Below, one piece after another: positions 18,364 to 27,438 of a DNA stretch of 64,000 nucleotides. The notes beneath the pieces are model-generated. The model was not told the DNA's origin, searched no databases, and saw only the letters and a list, made by a program, of their open reading frames with translations. The stretch spans positions 7,776-71,775 of the forward strand of contig JBCDGU010000014.1 in the NCBI GenBank assembly GCA_038750875.1. Reading direction: 5' to 3'. The stretch is from Pseudomonadota bacterium (GTDB lineage: Bacteria > Pseudomonadota > Gammaproteobacteria > Pseudomonadales > Halieaceae). The position numbers and the translations under genes were made by a program. Each line of letters starts with the position of its first letter. Position 1 is the stretch's first letter.

Positions 18364-19713
18364 ATGAACCTGTTGAATGGCTTCATCGCCATTATCACAA
18401 CTGTTTTCTCGTTGATGGGCGTGCTGGCCCTCATGGATCCCGTTGAACCAGCTCCCCCGACCGATGGCAAGACGGGGTCCCTCGTTGCTTTTTTGAAGCC
18501 AGATACTGGAGCCGATCCCGATCCCGATCCCGATCCCGATCCCGATCCTGATCCTGATCCGGAGCCCCCAAGCGACAACGTCGCGTCTTCCCTGGGGCAG
18601 CTGGGGAGGCAGTTGTTTAGAGATCCTAATCTCTCCGCCAACCGAACGCAGTCGTGCAGCACCTGTCACGATGAAGAGCGCGCGTTTACGGACGGCCGTT
18701 TGGATGCCAATGGTGCGATCTCTGACGTGTCGCTCGGTGATAACGGCTTTTCTCTTGGTGATCGAAATGCCCCCAGTATTAGCTACGCTCATCTAACGCC
18801 GGTCTTCAGTCGTGGCACGCGAGAGCGATTCAATAGTCAGCAATCCGACTATGAGGGTTACCTCGGAGGTCTTTTCTGGGATGGCCGAGCGCCCACAACC
18901 GCGGATCAGGCGAAGGGGCCGCCGCTGAACCCCATTGAGATGGGGTTGATGGACACCTTCACGCTATCGCAACGGATTCAGGAAAATCCCAGTTACATAG
19001 AGGCCTTTACCACGTTCTTCGGCGCGGAAGTCTTCGATAACCCCGATGAGGTTTTTGATGCCATGGCAGAAAGCATCGCGGCCTACGAAGAAGCCGACGT
19101 GTTCTCTACTTTTGACTCCAAGTATGACAAGAGCCTCACGGGCGACTACACCTACAGTCCGCTTTCCAAGGCTGCGGCGGGTAGGGCTCTGTTTTTCTCC
19201 CAGCAGTTCACAAACTGCGCGACCTGTCATCAGCTCAGGCCGAACAACCGCTCCGGAGAGCTTTTCACGGGTTTTGAATATCACAACATCGGTGTGCCGG
19301 TGAACGAGACGGTTCGCGCGATCAACAACAGCGATCCCGGGTTTACCGATGCAGGCCTGGCAGCAAACCCCGAGGTCCCGGACACAGAGGACCAGATGGG
19401 CAAGTATCGCGTGCCGACGCTGCGCAATGTGGCCGTGTCCGGTCCCTACATGCACAACGGCGTTTTTGACGAGCTCGACACTGTGGTGAAGTTTTACGAC
19501 AAGTTTTTCGAAGGCTCCAACTTCCCCACCAACCCGGAAACCGGCGCGGTGTGGCGAGAACCCGAACACCCGCAAACCGTTGCTCGCACAGAGCTTCTCG
19601 ACGGCAGACGCCTCGATCAGGACGACGTCGATGCACTGGTCTGCTTTATGCGCACTCTCACGGATGAGCGTTACGAACCCCTGCTACCCGACGACGGTCT
19701 GAACTGTGAGTAA
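18364..19713 (+). CDS. Di-haem cytochrome c peroxidase / MauG-family protein with N-terminal anchor and (Asp-Pro)8 linker
   Basis: 449 aa with two CxxCH motifs (CSTCH, CATCH) and CCP-like motifs (PSLRNVA-type: VPTLRNVAVSGPYMHNG). It has an N-terminal TM helix followed by ADPDPDPDPDPDPDPDPEPP. Confidence 0.8.
   Translation: MNLLNGFIAIITTVFSLMGVLALMDPVEPAPPTDGKTGSLVAFLKPDTGADPDPDPDPDPDPDPDPEPPSDNVASSLGQLGRQLFRDPNLSANRTQSCSTCHDEERAFTDGRLDANGAISDVSLGDNGFSLGDRNAPSISYAHLTPVFSRGTRERFNSQQSDYEGYLGGLFWDGRAPTTADQAKGPPLNPIEMGLMDTFTLSQRIQENPSYIEAFTTFFGAEVFDNPDEVFDAMAESIAAYEEADVFSTFDSKYDKSLTGDYTYSPLSKAAAGRALFFSQQFTNCATCHQLRPNNRSGELFTGFEYHNIGVPVNETVRAINNSDPGFTDAGLAANPEVPDTEDQMGKYRVPTLRNVAVSGPYMHNGVFDELDTVVKFYDKFFEGSNFPTNPETGAVWREPEHPQTVARTELLDGRRLDQDDVDALVCFMRTLTDERYEPLLPDDGLNCE
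18514..18561 (+). repeat. Coding hexanucleotide microsatellite (GATCCN)8; the first five units are perfect GATCCC
   Basis: Read directly: GATCCC x5, GATCCT x2, GATCCG. Confidence 0.95.
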
Positions 19714-21886
19714 AAAGAACCCCTTCCCGCGCCTTGTGATGACAGGCGCTGTTGCTGTGCATCTTGCGGCGAACAGTTGGCCGGCGAGTGCGCAGAACGA
19801 CGAACGCTTAGAGCCTGCGCCAACAGAACTTATTCTCGAGGAAGTGTTTGTCCTGGGTTCCTATGACGTCCGAGAGCTTCCAGGTTCTGCGGCCAGGATT
19901 GGAAATGAGCAGATTCGCATTGAAGTCGCCAATGACATCAATCAGCTACTCAAAACCGTACCTGGCGTGTATATCCGCGAAGAGGACGGGTACGGCTTGC
20001 GGCCCAATATAGGGATTCGCGGTGCGACCTCTGAGCGTTCCAGCAAAATAACGCTTCTAGAGGACGGTGTGCTTATGGCACCGGCGCCTTACTCCGGTCC
20101 AGCGGCTTACTACTTCCCCAGCACGCTGCGCACGCACCAGGTTGAAGTCCTGAAGGGTGCGCCGCTCCTGCGTCAAGGGCCCCAAACGACCGGTGGCGTG
20201 ATTAACGTGATCTCTACACCCATTCCGGAAGAGTTCGGCGGCAATCTTCAGCTCCGTGCGGGTGAGAACGGTGAAGCCGACTTCCTGGGGAACATCGGCG
20301 GCAGGAGCGGCCCCTGGGGCTGGCTTCTGGAGACGGTTCAGCGACAGAGCGATGGTTTTAAAGACATCGACCGCGGCAATCAGGGCAGTGGCTTTGAACT
20401 CGAAGATTATGTGGCCAAGCTAAGCTACGACCGCGGCAATCACTCGTTGTTCTTCAAAGCGCAATACTCGGACGAAGTGTCCGACGAAACCTATCTCGGC
20501 CTAAGCGATGCTGATTTTGAGCGTGACCCCAACCGCCGCTACGGGCTTTCGTCCATTGACCAGATGAATGCGCAGCACGAGAGCTACGTGGCGCGCTATC
20601 GCTACGCGCTGTCGGACACTACCGACTTTACGGTACTTGGCTACAACAACATTTTTGAGCGCAGCTGGTTCCGGTTGATTAACGGCTCGGTGCTGGTCGA
20701 TCTGGCAAATCAGGGTGTGGAGCCCGCACAGGCAGGCCTCGACGGCGATCTTGATCTGTTTAATCTGGAGTATCGCGACAATGCTCGGGATTACTACTCT
20801 CGAGGTGTCGAGCTCGCGGTCAATCACGCATGGTCCACTCACCAGACACAGGTCGCGGTTCGTGTACACGAAGATGAGGTAGATCGTGCGCAGCCCATAG
20901 AGATCTACGACCAGATCGATGGCGAGTTGATATTCGTCGAAACGGTCGAGCCGACGGGGCTGGACAACCGCATTGACGATGCCGAGGCCCTATCACTGGT
21001 GGTCACGGACAAGTGGAGCGTCAGCGATGCCCTGTCAATCAATCTCGCGCTGCGCTATGAGGAAGTGGAAACCCGTCGCACCCAGTTTGCCGACCCCGAT
21101 CGAACGATCATCGATGTCGAGACGTTCAACCGCAGCACCGAGTGGCTACCCGGGGTCTCGTTGACCTACGACTTTAGTGACGCCGTGCAAGTGATTGCGG
21201 GTGTTCACCGCGGATTTTCTCCTTTGGGCGGCGGCGCCCAGTCCTTCGAAGACCCGGAAACAGCCATCAACTACGAGCTCGGCTGGCGCTACAACGATGA
21301 GGTTTTCTTTGAGGCGATTGCCTTCTACAGCGACTTCAGCAACAAAACGGAGAACTGCTCAAACGCAAACCCTTGCTCTAACGGAGACATCAACGGCTCC
21401 TTCACCACCGGTACCGCGGTGATCCAGGGGCTGGAGGTGCAGCTCAGCGATTACTACAGCGTTTTTGGTATGGGTGTACCCGTCGACGTCGCCTACACGT
21501 TTACCGATGCAAGTCTGAGTGAAGACCTGCCGGAAGAGGCTTTCGAAGAGGGAGACGATCTCGCGTCGGTGCCGCGCAACACCTTCAGCTTACGAGTTGG
21601 TATTGAGCCTCACAGCCGTTGGGGGAACTACTTTGTCATCAAGTATATCGACGACATGTGTGTCGATATCGGCTGCAATCGCAGCAGCGATGTAACCCGT
21701 CGAACAGAATCGCTTTGGGTTGCCGACTTTATGAGCAGGTTGGCTCTGGGAGCAGGCGGTGACGCCACACTGTTTCTCAAAGTGGAAAACATGCTGGACG
21801 AGCAGGCCATTGTTTCGCGCCAGCCCGACGGCGCCCGTCCAAACAAGCCGCGTACAGCGTCCGTCGGGTTCCAGTACGCGTTTTAA
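19706..21886 (+). CDS. TonB-dependent outer-membrane receptor
   Basis: 726 aa with a signal peptide, a plug domain (IRGATSERSSKITLLEDGV) and a C-terminal aromatic residue (..VGFQYAF). The GTG start overlaps the CCP stop by 8 nt. Confidence 0.9.
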   Translation: MSKKNPFPRLVMTGAVAVHLAANSWPASAQNDERLEPAPTELILEEVFVLGSYDVRELPGSAARIGNEQIRIEVANDINQLLKTVPGVYIREEDGYGLRPNIGIRGATSERSSKITLLEDGVLMAPAPYSGPAAYYFPSTLRTHQVEVLKGAPLLRQGPQTTGGVINVISTPIPEEFGGNLQLRAGENGEADFLGNIGGRSGPWGWLLETVQRQSDGFKDIDRGNQGSGFELEDYVAKLSYDRGNHSLFFKAQYSDEVSDETYLGLSDADFERDPNRRYGLSSIDQMNAQHESYVARYRYALSDTTDFTVLGYNNIFERSWFRLINGSVLVDLANQGVEPAQAGLDGDLDLFNLEYRDNARDYYSRGVELAVNHAWSTHQTQVAVRVHEDEVDRAQPIEIYDQIDGELIFVETVEPTGLDNRIDDAEALSLVVTDKWSVSDALSINLALRYEEVETRRTQFADPDRTIIDVETFNRSTEWLPGVSLTYDFSDAVQVIAGVHRGFSPLGGGAQSFEDPETAINYELGWRYNDEVFFEAIAFYSDFSNKTENCSNANPCSNGDINGSFTTGTAVIQGLEVQLSDYYSVFGMGVPVDVAYTFTDASLSEDLPEEAFEEGDDLASVPRNTFSLRVGIEPHSRWGNYFVIKYIDDMCVDIGCNRSSDVTRRTESLWVADFMSRLALGAGGDATLFLKVENMLDEQAIVSRQPDGARPNKPRTASVGFQYAF

Positions 21887-21905
21887 GACTTCGGCGCGTC
21901 TTGGC

Positions 21906-23180
21906 TTAGGGTGCGCTCTCAAGGACGTCATTGTCGCCCGTAGTATCGTCGACCTCCGGTGAGTTCTGTGCACGACCTACAACGATACCGCTCGTGCCGG
22001 TGCCAAGACGGATGTCCGTGGTCGCTGTCGACGGATTGAAGTTGTTGGAGACAATTGCCCAGCCAGACACCGTGACGCCGAGGTCACCGGACTGCAGATT
22101 GACCCAATCAGAGGCGAAGCCGGCGAATCGATTGCCAGACACAAGGCCGCCCGTTGTGTCGGTGGCGGCGATGCCCGATCCACCGGTGTTGCTATCGTTA
22201 CCGTTAAAGGTATTTCCGCTGACCACCATACTGTGGTTTATGACCTTGTCCACCTGACCCGTAACCACCGCAACGCCAGCAATGGTGACGCCCCCATCGT
22301 TAAAGGTATTGGCGCGGATAGTGGTGCTATTCGTCGCCGGGGACTGGGCCGTATTGCCTACAAAAATCCCGAAAGTCCCGAGACCACCCCCCAAAAAGTA
22401 ACCGGGTGCGTCGTTGTAGTTGATGGTGTTGTTAAGAATCGTGGTGTTCTGGGACGCATCCAGAATTGAGATTGGAAGCCCTATGCGGGTGAACTCATTG
22501 AAGTTGATATCCACCTGACCACCACCCGCGACAGTTGAGGTCACGCCGAAATCCAGGTCGGTCAACGACGAGCGATTCACCCGCAGCGTGCCCAGCACTT
22601 TCTGCGTTTCGGCATCGCAGTTGGGTGCTTCAGCCATAACCACGCCAGCTACGAGATCGGAGCCATTGACGCCCGTGCCCGCCAGGGCGACGCGGTCGAC
22701 GTTGCCGAAGGTCGTGCGCGTCGTGCAGCTGTTGGGATTTGAGAAGAAACCAATCAGAGCGGCGTCTCCACCGTTGCCGCAGGGCGAATCCGTCGAGATG
22801 GTCATCTTCCTAACGGCGGTATTGCCGACGTTAAAAGTGAGGGCTGCACTGACGTTGTCACTACAGGACAGGCTGCCGTCCAGTACCCTAACACTGGTCG
22901 CTGCTTGGCTGATGCCTGTGAGGTCACCATTGAATCCCGTAACGGAAATAGCGCCAATCTCATAGGCTGAAGAGGTGAGAAGAACCTCTCGGAACCCCTG
23001 GGCGGCGGCTTCCGTCAGGGCGCACTGCAGGTTTTCCGTATCCTCACCGTCTACGGCGGTAACCTCGACCACGGGGCCATTCAGCGTGACAGCTGACGAA
23101 CAACTCAAAGTCTGCGCACCCGCAATGGAACTCATCAGCAGGCAAGCAACGGTCGCAACCACACCGGTCAAGCGTTTCAT
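21906..23180 (-). CDS. Secreted right-handed parallel beta-helix repeat protein
   Basis: I trimmed the start to ATG 23180, which has a GAGGAA RBS and gives the signal peptide MKRLTGVVATVACLLMSSIAGAQT. The protein has repeated N/G/T-rich turns (NNTINYND, ANTFNDGG, SGNTFNGND, SGNRFAG). Confidence 0.65.
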   Translation of the reverse strand: MKRLTGVVATVACLLMSSIAGAQTLSCSSAVTLNGPVVEVTAVDGEDTENLQCALTEAAAQGFREVLLTSSAYEIGAISVTGFNGDLTGISQAATSVRVLDGSLSCSDNVSAALTFNVGNTAVRKMTISTDSPCGNGGDAALIGFFSNPNSCTTRTTFGNVDRVALAGTGVNGSDLVAGVVMAEAPNCDAETQKVLGTLRVNRSSLTDLDFGVTSTVAGGGQVDINFNEFTRIGLPISILDASQNTTILNNTINYNDAPGYFLGGGLGTFGIFVGNTAQSPATNSTTIRANTFNDGGVTIAGVAVVTGQVDKVINHSMVVSGNTFNGNDSNTGGSGIAATDTTGGLVSGNRFAGFASDWVNLQSGDLGVTVSGWAIVSNNFNPSTATTDIRLGTGTSGIVVGRAQNSPEVDDTTGDNDVLESAP

Positions 23181-23550
23181 AGTTTTCCTCAAGATCATGG
23201 AGGTGAGTGGGTAACCCCAAAATAAGTAAGCGATTGGCAGCGGACGCGTCTCAAGTGCCTGGGCGCCGAACTGTAACACTCTATTCTTACGAAGAACTGC
23301 GTCGCATCGATTAGCGTGCCCAATACAAACCGTTCATTAAGGCGACGACCAGGCTGACCGAATCGCGAGAGCGAGTGCATGAACTTTTTTAGAGCTTAAA
23401 GCCCTGAGGTCATGGCGACTTAAACGGCGCAGGCATTGCACGCCATTCACTCACGCTTTCTCGCCGGGAGTTGCCGGGCGGCAGCTGGGGACGGCGTTTC
23501 CTATTGCTCGCCGAGTGCACAAGCTACTCAGCCAGTCGATTGTCGGTGGT

Positions 23551-24030
23551 TTACCGATTCGCGTGACGCATCACGCGCTGTTTCTGCCGATCCCAGTCCC
23601 GGTCCCGCTGCGTGTCGCGCTTGTCGTGAGTCTGCTTGCCCTGCGCCAATGAGATGGCGGCTTTAACCAGATGCCCTTTCCAGTAAAGGCGAGTGCAGAC
23701 ACAGGTCTGCCCCTTCGCGCTGGTTGCTGCGAGGATCTTCGCCAACTCTTTCTTGTTAAGAAGCAGCTTGCGTGTGCGGATCGGGTCCGTAACGAAATGC
23801 GTGGACGCTGTGTCCAACGGCGTGATTTGCGCACCCAAAAGAAAAGCTTCCCCGTCCTTCATAAGCACGTAGGAGTCCGTGAGTTGCGCTTTCCCCTCCC
23901 GCAGCGACTTCACTTCCCAGCCCGACAGGGAGATGCCCGCCTCAAAAGATTCGAGAAGGGTGTAATCGAAGCGCGCGCGCTTGTTCTGCACGATCGTGTT
24001 GTCGGGCGTTTTGCTGTTCTTTTTGGCCAT
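23551..24030 (-). CDS. smpB: SsrA-binding protein
   Basis: 159 aa: [29 protein letters not shown]... Confidence 0.95.
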   Translation of the reverse strand: MAKKNSKTPDNTIVQNKRARFDYTLLESFEAGISLSGWEVKSLREGKAQLTDSYVLMKDGEAFLLGAQITPLDTASTHFVTDPIRTRKLLLNKKELAKILAATSAKGQTCVCTRLYWKGHLVKAAISLAQGKQTHDKRDTQRDRDWDRQKQRVMRHANR

Positions 24031-24115
24031 GACCGTATTGTACAGGCTTACCCATGGCCCTTTTCAGATCCCGTTGGCTACGGCAAGCTTGGTCTTCTAT
24101 GCCATCCTTTCTCCT

Positions 24116-25456
24116 ATGCAGCCCCCCGTACCCGTAGAGCGCTGGCAATCGCGGAGCACCTTCGTGCTGGCCCTCGCTCTGGCTGCAGTGGGGCTTGGGA
24201 ACGTATGGCGCTTTGGATGGCTGTTGGGTGAAAACGGGGGCGGTCCGTTCTTCCTGAGCTACGTGGTCTGTCTGCTTCTCGTGGCTGTTCCACTGCTAGT
24301 TGCCGAGGTGCTATTGGGAAGTCACGGCCGCGGATCGCCGTTTCTCACCATGGGATGGGCCACAGAAAACTCCGGGCGCTCGAGGATCTGGCTGGTGGCT
24401 GCACTGCTCGGTTGTCTTGCGGCCTTTCTCGCCCTGGCCGCTGTGCTGCTCCTTGCGGGCTGGTGCCTGGCGTATCTCTTCCACATGCAACTGGGCGAGT
24501 TTTCTGCGATGCGACTCGACGACGTCGCAGGTTTTCTCGCGATGCGCCTTGAAAACCCGGTGGAGTTGCTCGAATGGCAGCTGCTGCTCGCGGTCATCGT
24601 GGGGCTAATCTCCGTCGCAGGTATTCGGCGGGGTCTCGGCCTCTTTGCATGGGTCGCTATTCCCAGCGTCATGGCTCTGGGTGGTCTGCTCATCGACTAC
24701 GCAATTCGCTACGGTGATCTGACAGCGGCTGGCGAGTATCTGTTTGCTTGGCAGACCCTGGACTTCGATCGCGGCTCCTTTATGAATGCGCTGGTGCACG
24801 CGGGATCGACGCTGATTGCCGGTGTGGCCGTGGGGCTGAGCTACGGTGCGCATGCGCCCGATCGCCTACCCATCGTTCGGAGCGTGCTCGCCGTCGCGCT
24901 CTTCGATCTGGTGATGGCGGTCACCGTGGCTCTCGTGGTCTTTCCGCTGATTTTTGAAGCCAATGTGCGACCCTCGGAAGGTTTTTCCCTACTGTTCGTA
25001 GCGGTGCCTTTCGCCTACGGCAACATGCCTTTCGGCGACGTTTTCGGGGCGCTATTTTTTCTTCTGGTGGTGCTCACCCTGGTCGGCTCCGCCGTGGCGC
25101 TGACGGAGCCCTTGCTGGGGATTCTCGAGCAGCAGCTCGGCGTCCAGCGGCGTCGCGCCGTGCTGGCGGTGATTTTTCCCGCTTGGCTTTTGTCCAGCCT
25201 CGCGCTCGTGGATCTCGATGGCGGCGTTGGGCCCGGTGTGCTCCAGCAAATCGACAGTACCGCGACGGGTTTCCTTATTCCCGCCGCACTCCTGCTCTTT
25301 GCCCTGTTTGTGGGCTGGCGTATGCCTCGTGACTTGTTGCGCGCTGAGCTCTCTCGCGAGCCCGACATCCTGTTCTCCCTGTGGTACTTTCTCATCCGTT
25401 TCCTGGTGCCACCGGTGATCGCTATAGCGTGGCTCTGGAGCCGACTTGTCAGCTGA
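24116..25456 (+). CDS. Sodium-dependent transporter (NSS/SNF family)
   Basis: It has the GLGNVWRFGWL signature and multiple TM segments. I moved the start to ATG 24116 to remove the overlap with smpB. Confidence 0.8.
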   Translation: MQPPVPVERWQSRSTFVLALALAAVGLGNVWRFGWLLGENGGGPFFLSYVVCLLLVAVPLLVAEVLLGSHGRGSPFLTMGWATENSGRSRIWLVAALLGCLAAFLALAAVLLLAGWCLAYLFHMQLGEFSAMRLDDVAGFLAMRLENPVELLEWQLLLAVIVGLISVAGIRRGLGLFAWVAIPSVMALGGLLIDYAIRYGDLTAAGEYLFAWQTLDFDRGSFMNALVHAGSTLIAGVAVGLSYGAHAPDRLPIVRSVLAVALFDLVMAVTVALVVFPLIFEANVRPSEGFSLLFVAVPFAYGNMPFGDVFGALFFLLVVLTLVGSAVALTEPLLGILEQQLGVQRRRAVLAVIFPAWLLSSLALVDLDGGVGPGVLQQIDSTATGFLIPAALLLFALFVGWRMPRDLLRAELSREPDILFSLWYFLIRFLVPPVIAIAWLWSRLVS

Positions 25457-25469
25457 TAGCGTTTGATTC

Positions 25470-25904
25470 ATGGCCTCCATCCATCGCAGTGCGCTCCTTC
25501 CGTTCTCCAGCGTACAGATTTATGACCTCGTTAATGACGTCGCTGCGTACCCGCAGTACATGGACGGGTGCGTGGGTGCCCAGGTGATCGATGTTGGTGA
25601 GCGGCACATGGAGGCGCGACTAGATCTGGCGAGGGGGGGTATCTCGCAGAGCTTTACGACCCTCAACATGCTTGAACCCCATGAACGGATCGTTCTAACC
25701 CTTAAAGACGGCCCTTTTGATCATTTCGAGGGCGCATGGCGCTTTCAAGCGCTTACGGATCAGGCCTGCAAGGTCATCCTTGATCTGGAATTCGCAATTC
25801 GCGGCGGTCTTCTGAGTATGGCTGCTTCCGGGCTCCTTGAGCGCGTTACCGGAAACCTGGTTGACTCGGTCGTCCGGCGATCCAATGAGGTTTACGGCGC
25901 GTGA
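25470..25904 (+). CDS. ratA: SRPBCC-fold RatA/YfjG-like protein (ribosome association toxin / CoQ-binding family)
   Basis: 144 aa with conserved synteny next to rnfH, bamE and smpB. Confidence 0.8.
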   Translation: MASIHRSALLPFSSVQIYDLVNDVAAYPQYMDGCVGAQVIDVGERHMEARLDLARGGISQSFTTLNMLEPHERIVLTLKDGPFDHFEGAWRFQALTDQACKVILDLEFAIRGGLLSMAASGLLERVTGNLVDSVVRRSNEVYGA

Positions 25905-26257
25905 GTGACAACGCATCTATTCGCGTTGAAGTGGCCTACGCACTTCCCGAACGTCAGGCCCTGGTTGCTATTGATGTCGGCGAGGGCACAACGGCTCTTG
26001 AGGCGGTTCAACAGTCTGGTTTGGATGGGAAGTTTCCTGACCTGACCATTGACGACGGAATCAAGCTGGGAATCTTCGGGCAAATCGTTACCCTGGGGCA
26101 TGTGCTCAAAGCGGGTGATCGTGTAGAGATTTACCGCCCGTTAAAAGCGGATCCCAAAGAAGTCAGAAAAGCCAGAGCGGCGCGCGCGGCACAGGCCAGG
26201 GAAGACAAAAAGGCTGAGACTGCGCAACAAGTCGACGCTGCGTCTACGGGCAGTTAA
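25901..26257 (+). CDS. rnfH: RnfH family ubiquitin-fold protein
   Basis: IRVEVAYALPERQALVAIDV...GDRVEIYRPLKADPKEVR. The GTG start overlaps the ratA stop. Confidence 0.85.
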   Translation: MSDNASIRVEVAYALPERQALVAIDVGEGTTALEAVQQSGLDGKFPDLTIDDGIKLGIFGQIVTLGHVLKAGDRVEIYRPLKADPKEVRKARAARAAQAREDKKAETAQQVDAASTGS

Positions 26258-26362
26258 GCGTCAATGACGCCCCCAGTCTCTGAAGCGTCAGCATCCTCGG
26301 CGTTGCTGTAGGCAGAGCCACTCTCTTGAGCGCAGTATTGGGAGCAATTTCAGGCGCTGTTA

Positions 26363-26785
26363 TTAGGCGCCGCTTTCACCATCATTATTCTCAGCGCTGT
26401 CGCCGCTTCCGCCAGCTTCGGGTTCGTCGCCGCGAGCCCATCCGGGCAAATAGTCCCCTTCAATGCGCTCCAGCACATCTTCATTGAAATAAATGCTCAC
26501 CTGCGCCTCGCGGATAATCTCGGTTCCGTTGCGAATGACGTAGGGGTAGTCCCAGCGGTCGGGATTGAAGGTGTCCTCCACCAGTGGAGAGCCCATGATA
26601 AAGCGAACCTGCCGGCGGCTCATGCCCAGCTCCAACTGCTCAATCATTTCCTGATCGACGAGATTTCCCTGCTCGATATCAATGCGGTAGACACCGGGGA
26701 AACCCACAAACCCGCAGCCTGCGTATACAAGGCAGCTAAGCAAAATCAGACTCAAACGGATTCTGCGGGAGACGAGACCTTTCAA
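26363..26785 (-). CDS. bamE: Outer membrane protein assembly factor BamE (OmlA/SmpA)
   Basis: I propose the in-frame TTG at 26785, which has a GGAAG RBS and gives the lipoprotein signal MKGLVSRRIRLSLILLSCLVYAGC. The core is YRIDIEQGN...GMSRRQVRFIMGSPL. The longer listed ORF would overlap the fur start. Confidence 0.8.
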   Translation of the reverse strand: MKGLVSRRIRLSLILLSCLVYAGCGFVGFPGVYRIDIEQGNLVDQEMIEQLELGMSRRQVRFIMGSPLVEDTFNPDRWDYPYVIRNGTEIIREAQVSIYFNEDVLERIEGDYLPGWARGDEPEAGGSGDSAENNDGESGA

Positions 26786-26857
26786 TGTGTAACTTCCACT
26801 CAGTATGGCGGGGTGGCATGATAGCGATTCGTTGTATGCCAGAGAACCCCGGTCGCT

Positions 26858-27271
26858 ATGCCTTTCAGTAATCAGGACCTGCGCAGCGCAGGCCTTAAAG
26901 TCACCCTTCCCCGGGTAAAGATTCTGCAGATCCTTGAGGAGTCCGGAGAAAATGGCGGACACCTTAGCGCTGAAGACGTTTATCAACTCCTCCGTGATGC
27001 GGGCGAAGACGTCGGCTTAGCGACGGTCTACCGCGTACTCACGCAGTTTGAGACCGCCGGTTTGGTCGTTCGTCACAACTTCGAGGCGGGACACTCCGTT
27101 TTTGAGCTGGCCCACGGTGAGCATCATGATCATATGGTGAACACGGAGACCGGTGAAGTCGTGGAGTTTTCAGACCCGATTATCGAAGAGCGTCAGCAGA
27201 AAATCGCTGAGGAACACGGCTTCGAGCTGGTGGACCACTCACTGGTACTGTACGTCCGCAAGCGCGATTAG
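26858..27271 (+). CDS. fur: Ferric uptake regulator
   Basis: 137 aa: LKVTLPRVKILQIL...ATVYRVLTQFETAGLV...HHDHMV. Confidence 0.95.
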   Translation: MPFSNQDLRSAGLKVTLPRVKILQILEESGENGGHLSAEDVYQLLRDAGEDVGLATVYRVLTQFETAGLVVRHNFEAGHSVFELAHGEHHDHMVNTETGEVVEFSDPIIEERQQKIAEEHGFELVDHSLVLYVRKRD

Positions 27272-27390
27272 TTTGGTCTGTCAGCGGCGATCCAGCTGCT
27301 GAGCTCTGCTGCTTTTCAACCTCGCGGGCCTCAGGGCTGACTTTCGACGGCCATGGCGTCGACTCCTGAAGGCCTTTCGGCGACTTTTCA

Positions 27391-27409
27391 GGCCCTTAGG
27401 GCCGTTTTT
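27391..27409 (+). terminator. Small terminator hairpin between the convergent fur and recN genes
   Basis: GGCCC-TTA-GGGCC followed by GTTTTT. Confidence 0.5.
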
Positions 27410-27438
27410 CGAATGCCTAATGGCAACTGAGGCAATAC

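Noticed and set aside
13414-18561. Site-specific or homologous inversion between the two inverted Asp-Pro-coding repeats, which would swap anchors and promoters between the two genes
   Set aside because: The longest identical run shared by the two tracts is only about 13 nt, and no recombinase gene is nearby. I kept this only as a remark inside the tether finding.
13414-18561. A CRISPR array or other spaced-repeat locus
   Set aside because: The only short tandem repeats are in-frame coding hexanucleotides. There is no repeat-spacer architecture or cas gene anywhere in the window.
18136-18792. 218-aa and 150-aa minus-strand ORFs spanning the divergent promoter, containing IGIGIG and GSGSGS runs
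   Set aside because: The repeats are simply the antisense and frame-shifted reading of the (GATCCC)n Asp-Pro tract of the CCP-like gene. The ORFs cross an intergenic control region.
7077-23550. The 16.5 kb separating ssrA from smpB could be an island inserted between normally adjacent genes
   Set aside because: smpB and ssrA are adjacent in enterics but not in many other gammaproteobacteria. The smpB side here follows the Pseudomonas-type core order, so the separation alone is not evidence of insertion.
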